A program made the position numbers and the translations under genes. Shown piece by piece: positions 20,079-31,099 of a stretch of DNA of 64,000 bases (positions are counted from its first letter, which is position 1; every line of letters begins with the position of its first letter). The DNA comes from Bryobacteraceae bacterium. GTDB lineage: Bacteria; Acidobacteriota; Terriglobia; Bryobacterales; Bryobacteraceae. The stretch spans positions 18,728 to 82,727 of the forward strand of contig CAVQOO010000068.1 of the NCBI GenBank assembly GCA_963714395.1, written 5' to 3'. The notes beneath the pieces were generated by a model that searched no databases, was not told the origin of the DNA, and was given only the letters and a program-made list of their open reading frames with translations.

Positions 20079-20960
20079 CTATCTAAAGTCGCGAAGGCTC
20101 TCTTTGTCTGCGGTGGGGAAGTCTTTTGGAACCTTCTGCTTGACCTTGCCGGTGGTGGCCCATTCGGCGCCGCGCTGGAGGGTGACGATAAAGCCTACGC
20201 AGCGCATGGCTTCCACGTCGTGCCCGAGTGTGGTGTGGAAGATGCGGCCCTTGCCGTATTGGATGGTGAACAGTATCGGCTCGTTTTCGCCGGTACCCTT
20301 CTGTTCGACAGAGGAAAAGGCGGTGGCCAGGAGTTCCAGCTTTTCGGCGGGCCCGCGTAGACGGTCATAGAGCTCGTCGATATGGTGCAGGAACGCCGGG
20401 GGCAGTCCCTTGGTGATGGGGTGGTTGGGCTCGCGGATCTCAATCTTGAAGGCGTGCCGCGGACCATGGCTGCCGCCGCGGCCGGGGCTCATGTCGCGGA
20501 AGACTTTGCCGTCTTTCCAGCGGATATAGGGGCCGTCCTTCTCGCTGCGGCCGCTCCAGCCGCCGAGGCCGATCACCTTGTTGAACTCGGCCCACTTGGG
20601 GAAGGCGTTGTCGGCGGCATGGTAGCTGATGACGCCGCCGCCCTTGTTCACAAACTCCAGGAAGGCCGCCTGGGTGGACTCGGGCCAATCGCCGGCGTTC
20701 TTGGGGCCGAAGTCGTTGTAGTTGAGAACAATCAGGTCGTAGGCGGCGAAGTCGGGCTTGAATGAGGCCAGCGCCGCGTTGTCGGGAGGCGCGGTGAGCA
20801 CTTCCACCTTGAAGTGACCGCCCTCTTCCAGGATTTGCTTCAGGACCGGCGTCGTGGTCTTCCAGTCGTGATTGTTGCGGCCATCGATGATGAGGGCCTT
20901 TTTCGGCGCGGCAGAGAGAGTGCCGGCCATAACAAGTGAGACGAGGAGGGAAGATGATCT
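20079..20960 (-). CDS. ThuA-like (class-I glutamine-amidotransferase-like) protein, secreted
   Basis: ...KKALIIDGRNNHDWKTTTPVLKQILEEGG...VLNYNDFG...GGGVISYHAADNAF...IGLGGW... matches the ThuA family architecture. The start is uncertain. Confidence 0.55.
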   Translation of the reverse strand, partial: RSSSLLVSLVMAGTLSAAPKKALIIDGRNNHDWKTTTPVLKQILEEGGHFKVEVLTAPPDNAALASFKPDFAAYDLIVLNYNDFGPKNAGDWPESTQAAFLEFVNKGGGVISYHAADNAFPKWAEFNKVIGLGGWSGRSEKDGPYIRWKDGKVFRDMSPGRGGSHGPRHAFKIEIREPNHPITKGLPPAFLHHIDELYDRLRGPAEKLELLATAFSSVEQKGTGENEPILFTIQYGKGRIFHTTLGHDVEAMRCVGFIVTLQRGAEWATTGKVKQKVPKDFPTADKESLRDFR

Positions 20961-21179
20961 GCCGCATAAGGACTTGAAACTCCTGAACTGAGTGTATACG
21001 GCCAGCGACCCATTGAGGCAACTGCATTCATCGGGGAAATCTCCCTGCATAACCTAGGAGTACCGGTACGAAATCACTCGGTTGGCCTCCGCGATGGGAC
21101 CGATGTCTCTGGCGGCAACTCCCTTGAATTGCTTATCCTGTATTGATCCATCCTTGAAGTTAGTCCCCACGAAGTACCA

Positions 21180-23354
21180 ATGAACAAAACAGCTTTGATT
21201 GCAGCAGGCGTCTTTGCCGTCAGCCTCTACGCCCAAATCCCCGGCCCGAATGTCAACATGATCTCCGGAACGACCTGGCCCAATGGGGATCCGCACCTGA
21301 ACCGGCAGAACGAAGGCTCCGGCGCGGTGTCCAGCCGCAATCCCAGGACCCTGTTCGCCGGTGGAAATGACTATCGGACGGTGGACATACCTTTCCCCGC
21401 CGATGACGGGCGCGTCGTGGGCGACGCCTGGATGGGCGCCTACCGGTCCTACAATGGCGGCGAGACCTGGCTGAGTTCGCTTCTGCCGGGCTATCCGCAG
21501 GACAATTCTCCGGAAGGGGTTACCTCTCCGCTCAAAGGCTACGCGGTCGCCACGGATCCGATCGTCCAGGCGGGCACACATGGCCTCTTCTACCAGGGTG
21601 GGCTGGTATTCAACAGGGGGAATAACGCCGACAGCGCCCTTTTCGTCGCCACCTGGCAGGACCTGAACAACAAGGAGAACGGGGAGCGCATCCGCTACCG
21701 CAGGGCGGTGATTCTCGATACGGGCACGTCGGGCACCTCCCTCGATAAGCCGTGGATGGCTACCGACATTGCCCGCGGCGGGGCAGTCGGCTCGGCATCC
21801 TGCTCCTTTGACGGAGTGCTCCTTCACGAGCGGGAACCTGTATGTGATCGGCACCAAGTTTGTCGGCTTGGACCCGGGCAAGCCGCAAAACAACCCGAAA
21901 TCGCAGATCCTCGTCTACCGTTCGCAGGATTGCGGCGCCTCCTTCCCGCTTGTCACCAAGGTGAGCGAATCGATCAATTTGAGCAACGGAGCCGTGGGAG
22001 CTATCGACCCTTCCGATGGGACTCTCTATGTTGTCTGGCGGCAGTTGGCCTCAGGAAACCAGGGCGACGGGATCATCTGGACCAAGTCGACAGACGGAGG
22101 CAGAAACTTCAGCAAACTGGAAACAGCCTTCACATTCCCGGCAGGCCAGCTTTTCGACCAGGGGAGCACCACGTCGACTTTTCGCGCCCTTTCCCTGCCG
22201 TCGTTGGCGGTCGACAAAGCAGGAACGGTGTACATGACCTTCTCCCTGCGAGGGGCCCAAGGCGCCGACGCGCGGGTGGTACTCAGCACGCTCCCCAAGA
22301 ACGGCAATAACTGGACTCATCCGCTCCAGATCGACAACTATACCGGGCGCGGTCACCAGTTCTTTCCGGCCATCGCGTACGTCGGCGAGCAACTGGGAGT
22401 CCTCTTCTATGACTCCCGGGAAGACGGCACCAAAAGCGTCTTGAACTGCAGCGGGACGACGAGCGGCTGTACCGAATCACGCGTTCCAGTGAAGACCGGA
22501 CTCAACCCGCAAAGCCTTTTCACTCCGTATATCGACGACGCTGGAATGCCAGTGCGACACACAATCGACGTCCGGTTTGTGCAGTTTCCCGCAGGCACGG
22601 TGAGCTCCGCGCGCATCGGTCCGGGTTTCGCAATACAAGTACGCGGCGAATACTCTGACCGGCAAAGTCGAGCAGGTGCAGTACAACGCACCCAACTTGC
22701 CGATGTTCGTGCAGGGAACAAAGCCCTTTATCGGGGACTACATCTACCTGGCCACGCAGTTGATTGCGAGCGATGGCGGAGGCGGATGGAAGTACAACAC
22801 CGAGGCGACCAATGCGCCAGTCTTCCATGCCGTTTGGACGGACAACCGGGACGTGCAACCTCCACCTGCACGTTTGGTTGGAGGAATCTGGACTCGGGAT
22901 TGGAAGAGTATACGCCGCCGGGAACGACGAGCAGGCAAGCCTCTATGATCCGGCCCAGAACACTCCCCTCTGCGATCCGGCCAAACCGGCTTCCGGGACT
23001 CGCAACCAGAATCTCTATTACTCGCAAATCACGGGGGGGCTGGCCGTTTCGCTTAGGCAGGATTCCAAGAATCTGACATCCGGCTTCCAGCGGTCCTTCG
23101 CTATCACCGTCAGAAACAACTTCAGAGCGGCAAAGTATTACCGGCTCACAATTCAGTCGCCGGTCGGCGTGACCGCATCGTTCTCTTATTTGCAGCCTGA
23201 GTTGTCGCTCGATGTCGCCGTCCCGGCTCGCTCGTCCATTTCGCGCACGGTTTTCGTTAAGTCCGGAAACCCGAAGAGCCAGGTTAAAGTGTTGGTGCAG
23301 GAACTGATGAGCGTCGGCGGCACTCCTCTTCGGGAGGTCAACAATCTACGCTGA
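21180..23354 (+). CDS. secreted BNR/sialidase-like (beta-propeller) protein, multiple frameshifts
   Basis: Signal peptide MNKTALIAAGVFAVSLYAQ. Asp-box-like S.DGG.TW elements (SYNGGETW, STDGGRNF, SQDCGASF). The sequence is spread over ORFs 21180..22310, 21769..23076, 22676..22948 and 22764..23354. Confidence 0.5.
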
Positions 23355-23356
23355 TT

Positions 23357-23806
23357 GTGAATCCCGACATCACCAACCCGGACATCGTTAGTCCGGATAT
23401 TGTCAGTCCCGACATCGTCAACCCGGACATCGTCAGTCCCGACATCACGAATCCTCTCATCACCACCGCCGAGGTCTACAGCCCGACTATCACGAATCCC
23501 GACATCGTCAATCCGGACATCGTCAGCCCCGACATCAGCACAGTTGACATCTCAAGCCCGCAGATCGTAAGTCCGGACATTGTCAGTCCTGACATTGTCA
23601 GTCCCGACATCGTCAACCCGGATATCAGCACGTTCCAGATCATCAATCCGGATATCGTGAGTCCCGACATCGTCAGCCCCGATATTGTGAGCCCGGACAT
23701 CGTGAGCCCGGACATCGTCAACCCGGATATCACGGCTATCCGAATCGTCAGCCCGGACATTGTGAGTCCGGACATCGTGAGTCCGGACATCGGCAACCTG
23801 TCGTCA
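23357..23806. repeat. about 30 tandem 15-bp coding repeats encoding (S/N)PDIV pentapeptides
   Basis: Direct reading: ccggacatcgt(c/g)ag(t/c) units; protein NPDITNPDIVSPDIVSPDIVNPDIV... Confidence 0.9.
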
Positions 23807-26081
23807 GGCGTGACCGACTTCACGTGGAAAATCACCAACAAGGGCAACACCGGCGTCTCCTACAACGCCAAATTGCTCGAGGCGGGTCCGAAGTTCTGCT
23901 GCCCGCAGGGGTGTCAGAGCGCGGGCAACTGCCCAACGGGTTGCTACAAGTGCCAGCTGGTTCTCCGCAGGACGTATCCCACTCCGGCGGCGAACGGATG
24001 TTCTCCGACCGTGAGCGTTCAAAACATCCTGGTCTCAAGCGTTCTCAATCCGAGGCTTCTGGATGCCTCTCAGGGCGACACGCCTGACAACTCTCCCGAT
24101 GAGAAGAACTCGACTCTGGCTCTTGGGCCGGGCGAGGCGGGCCGCATGACGCTGCGGGTGTTTGGCCTCAAGACGGGGACCGTTCCACCCGGGCTCACTC
24201 AGCCTGTCGCTGTGTCCGCTTCCGGTACGGCGGCCAGCGACACTTCCGTTACAATCACAACCTTCTCATTGCCGCCAGGCATGCTGGGGCAGCCCTTCAA
24301 CCAGACCATCACGTCAATCGGCGGCTCCGGTCCACGCGAATCTGGACCGTGTACAGCGGCACACTTCCACCCGGCCTCACTCTGGACCCGTCAACGCAAT
24401 TGATCGCCGGCACGCCCGTGGCCTCGGCCTCGGCCGTGCTGTCTGGAACCCCGACTCAGGGAGGTACGTTCACTTTCACGCTTCAGGTCAAGGACACGCC
24501 GGCCGGGCGCCTGCAGTGTAGAAAAGACAGCGGACTGCGTTCAGCCTCACGTAGACCGCCAGACGTACACACTCACGGTGAACGACTTCAAGCTCTTGTC
24601 CGTGACGCCATCCAAGCTGTTTGCCAAGTCGGGAGACACGATCACGGTCACAGCGGCTGTCACTAACCTCGGTCCCGATGCGGTTGCCAATGTCGCAGCC
24701 GGTCAGCTTCAGCTCAACTCGAACGGATCGACCGCTTCCGCTTCTTGCGGACCGGCGGCGCCGGTTTCCGTGAGTCTGGCCGCCGGGGCTTCGCAGAACT
24801 TCTCCTACGTCTGCTCAGGCTTCAGCGGTAACGGCTCGGTTGCTTTCAGCACGCAGGCGTCGGCCACGCTGAACGGAGGGCCATCATTCCAAACGCCGTC
24901 TGTTGTCCTCGGCGCCGGTCGTGGTCGACAACGTGCAGCCAACATTCAGCCCGGCCGTCATCCTCTCAGGCGGCCAACCCTACACTCCTGGGCCAGGCAA
25001 CTGGACCAGCCAGAACGTAACGGTGACCTTCGCATGTACCGACAGCTCAGGGATTGCCCAACAGCCGCTGAGTCCTCAGACCTTGAGCGCCGAAGGCGCG
25101 AACCAATCCGTCTCGGCTACCTGTGCGGACAATGCCGGCAATAGCACAACCCAATCCGTGACCGGCATCAACATTGACAAGAACCAGCCGCTGATCAGCT
25201 ACACCATGTCAGCTGGCGGGGCCGTCTACACAGCGGGAACCTGGACCAATAAGGCGGTGAGCGTTCTCTTCGCTTGCACGGATACTCTCGGGGGGGCCGT
25301 GCTCGCCCCGGCTACGAATCCCCGGGTTCTGACCACGGAGGGCGCGAACCAGTCGGTGTCCGCGACGTGCACTGACATCTCCGGCAAGTCTGCTACGGCG
25401 ACTGTCTCCGGAATCAACATCGACCTGACTCCGCCGGTGATCACCATCACGACACCGGCCAACGGCGCTTCGTATACGCTGGGCGCGAGCCTGACCACGA
25501 GCTATTCCTGCACCGACCCAATGTCCCCCGTGACATCCTGCACCGGGCCAGTGGCCTCGGGCGGAACTCTGACGCTATCCACGGCCGGACCGGGATCATT
25601 CGCAGTCAGTTCGTCGAATGCCGCAGGCAATACCGCAACTGCTGCATCGAGCTACACTGTCGTCGCTCCCCCGCAGTTCACCTTCGTCGGGTATCTGACG
25701 CCGCTCAAGACCGCCGGTACCTATTCAGGAACGGCGAAACTGGGCTCGGCTGTCCCGGTTAAGTTCCAGATCCTGGACGGCTCGCGAGTCACCGTGTCGA
25801 ACATTGCTGCGGTTGCTTCCATCCGCAGTATCTTCACTGGACGCCCCACTGGCGGGACGTGCCCCATCAGTCTGGCGGGAACGAGCACGGTGCTTTACGC
25901 TCCGACAACCGGCGCCACGGGAGGCAGCACTTTCCGGATCGACACCGGGAACACTTTCATCCTGAACTGGGACTCCACGAGTGTGGCTCCCTTGGGAGTA
26001 GGATGCTACACGGTCGTAACCGAACTCGCACCAGCCTACGGGGGACTGGTCCGGTCGACGAGCATTCAATTAACTCGTTAG
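23357..26081 (+). CDS. large secreted repeat protein ((S/N)PDIV pentapeptide array plus multiple Ig-like/putative-Ig domains), several frameshifts
   Basis: GTG start at 23357. The repeat array is followed by LPPGLTL...GTP...GTFTFTLQVKD (putative Ig domain) and Thr/Ser-rich Ig-like domains in ORFs 24349..24666, 24578..25144 and 24903..26081. It may be contiguous with the upstream BNR protein. Confidence 0.45.
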
Positions 26082-26446
26082 GATAGGGGACTATTTCGCG
26101 GCGAGGCGCTGTTTGGCGTCCGCCGCGAGCAGGTCCTGGGCACGCTGGCGCGGAGCTTTAAGTAGCTGCCGAAGAAATCAGCCGACGAAGGGCTCTTGAG
26201 CCCTTCGTGCAGCCGGCCCGAGATAGTAGGGAATCGGGGCACAGTAGCGGAACGTCGGCATCTCGTTCATCATGATGTCGGTGGCTTCGCCCCGGCGTCT
26301 TTCGCAGGTGTCCATCTCCGAGCCGGCTTCGGCGAATGCGCCCAATGCGATATAGGCCTTGGCGAGGACGAAGCGTCCGAGCCAGGTGTCGATGAGTTTC
26401 TGTCCTTCGATCAAGGCCTCAATGGCGTTTCTGGGCTGGCCGCGCC

Positions 26447-29101
26447 TCAAATCGATTTCGGCCTGGATGATCTTGGCGAAGGTGCGAGGAACCGGGCCGA
26501 GCTTTCGAGCCAGCTCAGCGGCAATCGCCTGAGCTCTTGCCTCCTGGCCCAGACTCCAAATGTGAGATTGCGAGCGACCATGGCGATGCCTTCGTCATTG
26601 GTGCCCTCGAGCGCTTTCTGAAATGCAGCGATCGCCGCGCTCCGGTTCCCTTCCATGGCATGTGCTTCGCCGACCAGCGACCATTTCTTGGCGGCAAGCT
26701 CGGGAGTGCCGGCTTTCGCCTCGGCCTCAATCGCCGGGAGGAGGACCGCGAGGGCGTCCTGTGGGCGTCCCTGGTAGAGCGCCAGATCCGCTTCCCCCGC
26801 GGCGGCAAATGAGGCTCCCTGCTCATTAACCGTCTTCATCTGCTGATAAACCTGGCTCGCCTTATCCAGGCTGCCGAGCAACAATTGGGAAACAGCGTTG
26901 GCGAAGTAGCCCTTCATGTACTTCGGATTCTCGGCAATAACCGCGGCGGACTCCCGCGCGGCCGATTCGAATTCCCCGGCGTACAACGCATAGAGAGCCA
27001 CATTGTTACGGTACGGGATGTTCTTTGGATAGACCTCCAGCGCTTTCCGTCCCTCCTCGAGCGCCCGCTGCATGTCGCGCCGCAGGTAATACGCGTAGGC
27101 CAAGTTGCTGCGGCCGGTGGAATCCACGGGGAATTGCTTCACTAGCGCGGTGAATTCCTCGACAGCCCTGCCGGCTTCCATATTGACCAGGTAATATCCG
27201 CCACGAGTCCGGAAGCGCTCACGTTCGCTCATGCGATTGATGTGCGCCATCGACTGGCTGTAGAACTGGAGGGCGAGTTCGCGCTGTCCCAGATTGGCGT
27301 AAACGGCGGCGAGGCTCGAATAGGCGCTGCCGAATCCGGAGTCGATCTGGATGGCTTTCTTGTATTCCTCGATCGCCTGCTGCGCCTTGCCTGCAAACCT
27401 GAATTCCTGGCCCAGAGCATAGCTGTGCGCCGCTTCGATGTTTGTAGTGGTGTAGGTCTCGGCGGCCGCCAGTTTGGCGGATTCCACCGCCGAATCGCCC
27501 AGGGCCTTGCGCAGCGGTCCGGAGAGGAGGCCTACCTCGTTGAGGAAGTCCGCTTTCCCAGCAGGGGAGCTGTCGACTTTGGCGATCTCCTTTCCACTTT
27601 GCGGGTCCACCGCCCGGACTTCGATCAAGTACCGATTGCCGCTCTTCTCGAGTTTTCCCTCCAGAACAACGGAAATCCCCTCGCGGACGGCCACCAGGCG
27701 GGCTCCCGTGCCATCCAACTTGCCGCTCTTCGGATTCAGTTGCTCCACGAGGCGCTTGGCGCGGCCTCGGTCGTATGAATTGACGAAGGACGCGGCCTCC
27801 AGGGAAACACTCAGCGTCGATTCCACGGTTCCGTCAAACACAGGTTCTCCTGTGCCGTTGGTAAAGTCCGCGATGAGGAGTGTCACGATCCTGGGTACTC
27901 CGCCCTGCCCGGAGTCCGAAGGCCGGTTCAGCAAGTAGTATCCGCCGCCGGCAATCGCTGCCACTCCAGTCGCTCCCGCGATGATCCACTTACGACGTGA
28001 GGACGGCCCAGGAGGCGACACCGCGGCGACCGGCACCGAAGGCTTGATTGCCGTCGCAAAAACTGTCGGCATCTGCGAAGAAGTTCGCGGCGTGCGCGGC
28101 CGGCCCAGATAGACATCGAGGTCGCCAATGATGTCGTCCACCGTCTGGTACCGTGTGGCAGGATCCATCTCCATGGCATGGCCGACTATCGCATTCAGCG
28201 CCTCGGGAATGCTCGGATCCAATTCTATTGGCGGCCTTGCTTTTTCGCGGGTCCGGGCCACAAGAGAGCCGACCATCGTCTGCGACGGGAAGGGAACCTG
28301 CCCGGTCAGCATTTCAAACAGGATGACGCCGAGCGCGAAGATGTCGGCGCGGTGGTCGGCGCGCTGGCCCATGGCCTGTTCGGGCGACATGTAGTCCGGG
28401 GTGCCCATGATGACGCCGCTCCGCGTCATTCCGGTATTCTCCATCGAATGCGCGAGGCCGAAGTCCATGACGGCCACCCGCCCGCGGCCGTCCACCATAA
28501 TGTTCTGCGGCTTCAGATCGCGATGGATGACATTCTTGGCGTGGGCCGCGGCCAACCCGAGGCAGACCTCGCGGATGAGAGAGGCGGATTCCTCGGGAGG
28601 AAGCCTTCTTTCGCGCATAATGTCCGTCAGCATGCGGCCTTCGACGAACTCCATCGACAGGAAGCGGAGGGAGCCAGCCGTTCCCAGGTCATACACGCGC
28701 ACTACATTGGGGTGGGCGATCTGGCTCGTCAGGACTACTTCCTGCTTGAAGCGATCGAGCACCTGCCGCTGCGCGGCCAGTTCGGGGCGAATGGTCTTGA
28801 TTGCTACTTGCCGGTTCAGTTCGCGGTCCAATGCCTTGTAGACCGCACCCATGCCGCCCTGCCCTAAGAGCGATTGAATCTCATAACGGTCCGCCAGGAT
28901 GGCGCCCACCTCTAGCGAGGCCCCTTGCGGCGCATCGAAGTCGGCTTCGAAGTTGGAAATCCTCGTTTCGGCGGAAGACTGAAGCCCGATCGCGATGGTC
29001 TCAGAGCCGAGGCCTGGGGCAGTACCGCCGAACAGCGAACTGCATTTCCGGCACTTCTCGGCACCTTCCTCGTTGACAGTTTGACACTCCGGGCAGATCA
29101 C
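26447..29101 (-). CDS. Ser/Thr protein kinase with an N-terminal zinc-ribbon, one TM segment and C-terminal TPR repeats
   Basis: 884-aa ORF. MICPECQTVNEEGAEKCRKCS (zinc ribbon). Kinase motifs GQGGMGAVYKA, HRDLKPQNIMV, DFGLA, MGTPDYMSPEQ. TM segment IIAGATGVAAIAGGGYYLL. TPR-like repeats follow. The 3' end may really continue into ORF 26178..26450 (TPR-like) after a frameshift. Confidence 0.85.
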   Translation of the reverse strand: MICPECQTVNEEGAEKCRKCSSLFGGTAPGLGSETIAIGLQSSAETRISNFEADFDAPQGASLEVGAILADRYEIQSLLGQGGMGAVYKALDRELNRQVAIKTIRPELAAQRQVLDRFKQEVVLTSQIAHPNVVRVYDLGTAGSLRFLSMEFVEGRMLTDIMRERRLPPEESASLIREVCLGLAAAHAKNVIHRDLKPQNIMVDGRGRVAVMDFGLAHSMENTGMTRSGVIMGTPDYMSPEQAMGQRADHRADIFALGVILFEMLTGQVPFPSQTMVGSLVARTREKARPPIELDPSIPEALNAIVGHAMEMDPATRYQTVDDIIGDLDVYLGRPRTPRTSSQMPTVFATAIKPSVPVAAVSPPGPSSRRKWIIAGATGVAAIAGGGYYLLNRPSDSGQGGVPRIVTLLIADFTNGTGEPVFDGTVESTLSVSLEAASFVNSYDRGRAKRLVEQLNPKSGKLDGTGARLVAVREGISVVLEGKLEKSGNRYLIEVRAVDPQSGKEIAKVDSSPAGKADFLNEVGLLSGPLRKALGDSAVESAKLAAAETYTTTNIEAAHSYALGQEFRFAGKAQQAIEEYKKAIQIDSGFGSAYSSLAAVYANLGQRELALQFYSQSMAHINRMSERERFRTRGGYYLVNMEAGRAVEEFTALVKQFPVDSTGRSNLAYAYYLRRDMQRALEEGRKALEVYPKNIPYRNNVALYALYAGEFESAARESAAVIAENPKYMKGYFANAVSQLLLGSLDKASQVYQQMKTVNEQGASFAAAGEADLALYQGRPQDALAVLLPAIEAEAKAGTPELAAKKWSLVGEAHAMEGNRSAAIAAFQKALEGTNDEGIAMVARNLTFGVWARRQELRRLPLSWLESSARFLAPSPRSSRPKSI

Positions 29102-29162
29102 CTTCGTCGGATTCCAGAAGCGATACTGGATCTATTGAAGTTACTATCTTCCGTGCTGGCTA

Positions 29163-30950
29163 TCAAGCGGTGGATTTTGATACAACGGCGCCACCGCGAG
29201 GGGTACGGCGGACAACGACGGCGGTGAAGTCGTCCGACGCGGTGACCGAGCCGGCGAATGCAGCCACTTCGCGGGTCAGCAGATCCACCAGGTCGACCAC
29301 CGGGCAGGTGTGGTTGTCCTTGACCAGATTGAGAAGCCGGCCTTCGCCGAACTCTTCGTCGGTGCCTGTCTGCTCGGCTTCGGTGACGCCGTCGGTGTAC
29401 ATCATCAGGACATCGCCGACTTCCATCCGGCAGCAGTGTTGAGTGAAGGCATACTTCGGCAAAACGCCGAGCACGGGCCCTCCGTCGTCAAGACGAACCA
29501 CCTTGCCATTTGCGCGCACCAGAAGAGGCGGGTTGTGACCCGCGTTGCAGTATGTCACGTCACCGGTGACCGGATCGATCTCGCAAATGAAGAACGTGAT
29601 GAAGCGGTTACCGGGACAGGTGGTGGTAATACTCGAGTTCAGCCGGGTCGTGAGCGCTGCCATCTCGATCTTCTCTTCCAGCAGGACCTGAACGCGGGCC
29701 TGCAGGCCGGTCATCAGCAGGGCGGCGGGCATGCCCTTGCCGGCGACGTCGCCAACGAGGAAAACCTGCTTGCCGTCCGGGCGGAGGAAGAAATCGTAGT
29801 AGTCGCCGCCGACGCTGCGGCAGGCCTCGGTGAAAGCAGCAACATCAAGCCCGTCGATGGACGGCGCGGCGCCCGGCAGCAGGCTCTTCTGAATGTCGGC
29901 GGCCTGCTGCATATCGCGAGCTATGAGCAGGTCGTGTTTCTCGACCTCCAGCAGCCGCGCGTGCTCGATGCGGATGGCCGCGATATTGGCCATCACCGTC
30001 AGCAGGTTCAGATCTTCGGCAGTGAAGGGCCGGACCATGTGCGGCGAGTCGACATAGATGAGTCCGAGCACTGTGTCCTTGGTCTGGAGCGGGACAGCCA
30101 TCATGCTGCGGACCGCTTGCGCGACGATGCTGGCCTGGGCCCGGAGCAACTCGTCGAGCCGGACGTCGCGAACCAGCAGACTCTCCTTCTTGTTGAGGAC
30201 CTGGTCGCGGACAGTGTTGCTGATTTTGAAGCCTTCGCCCTTGGCCGCGCGAGTCTCCAATTGGCCGTTCTCAAGGATGAGCAGGACGCCGCGAGTAGCG
30301 CCGACAGCCTCCACGGCGAGATTCATGATGATTGGGAAGAGTTCGTTCAACGGCCTGTGGCCGGCCAGTTCCTGTCCCGCCCTCACCAGAGGGTGAATGC
30401 GCGAACCGCCGCCAGAGGACCCTCCCGATTGAGTGCTCACCAGCGACTTGCCGGCGCGCATGATGTTGTCCAAATTGGCGATGACGGTGGCGCCGGGCGC
30501 GATCTCCATCGGGGAGTCCACGAACTCCACGCTGCTGCCTCGATCAAGCTCCTCGCTCCTGAACTCGACCAGAAGTGAGCCCGCGGCGACGCGGTCGCCA
30601 GTGAGCAGCATCCGGCGGGCGGTGACGGCCACGCCGTTCACCTTGGTGCCGTTGCGGCTGCCCAGATCGACGACAGCCCAGGAAGAGCCGCTCTTCTCAA
30701 AGGCCAGATGATTCCTGGACAGTCCGGCATCCTCATGAAAACACAAGTCGTTATTGGGCGCACGCCCCAACGTGTAACGTGCCGAGTCGAGGGTTACGAC
30801 TCGGGTTTGTCCAGAAGGAGTGCGGATGTGGAGTTCCGACCTGGTCATGGGGGCTCCAATCAATGTAGCGCGTTCTATCGCCTGCATGACAGTTGCCTTC
30901 ACGATGGGGGACAATGGCCGGAGCGGCGCCGGCGGCGAAAGCTGGAACAA
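29163..30950 (-). CDS. FHA-GAF-PP2C (SpoIIE-like) serine phosphatase
   Basis: 595-aa ORF. FHA region YTLGRAPNNDLCFHEDAGLSRNHLAFEKSGSSWAVVDLGSRNGTKVNG. GAF-like middle. PP2C region GGDYYDFFLRPDGKQVFLVGDVAGKGMPAALLMTGLQA...MYTDGVTEA. Confidence 0.8.
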   Translation of the reverse strand: MFQLSPPAPLRPLSPIVKATVMQAIERATLIGAPMTRSELHIRTPSGQTRVVTLDSARYTLGRAPNNDLCFHEDAGLSRNHLAFEKSGSSWAVVDLGSRNGTKVNGVAVTARRMLLTGDRVAAGSLLVEFRSEELDRGSSVEFVDSPMEIAPGATVIANLDNIMRAGKSLVSTQSGGSSGGGSRIHPLVRAGQELAGHRPLNELFPIIMNLAVEAVGATRGVLLILENGQLETRAAKGEGFKISNTVRDQVLNKKESLLVRDVRLDELLRAQASIVAQAVRSMMAVPLQTKDTVLGLIYVDSPHMVRPFTAEDLNLLTVMANIAAIRIEHARLLEVEKHDLLIARDMQQAADIQKSLLPGAAPSIDGLDVAAFTEACRSVGGDYYDFFLRPDGKQVFLVGDVAGKGMPAALLMTGLQARVQVLLEEKIEMAALTTRLNSSITTTCPGNRFITFFICEIDPVTGDVTYCNAGHNPPLLVRANGKVVRLDDGGPVLGVLPKYAFTQHCCRMEVGDVLMMYTDGVTEAEQTGTDEEFGEGRLLNLVKDNHTCPVVDLVDLLTREVAAFAGSVTASDDFTAVVVRRTPRGGAVVSKSTA

Positions 30951-31099
30951 GGCGAGGCGCGTTTGCGTTGGTTAGGGAAGGAGGCATATTCATGACTCCC
31001 CACGCCCCGTGGCGCTCGATGCGCCCTTAGAAACAACCCGGCGGCCCGCCCGGCCGCACGCGGATCCTTCCCAAAGTCGGCGGTTTCAGGAGATCACAA

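Noticed and set aside
23357-23806. A periodic repeat that could be mistaken for a mini-CRISPR or satellite
   Set aside because: The period is 15 bp, in frame, and encodes (S/N)PDIV pentapeptides inside a long ORF. It is a coding repeat.
26178-26450. A separate 90-aa TPR-like gene downstream of the kinase
   Set aside because: It is more likely the frameshifted continuation of the kinase C-terminal TPR array than an independent gene. It is noted under the kinase feature.
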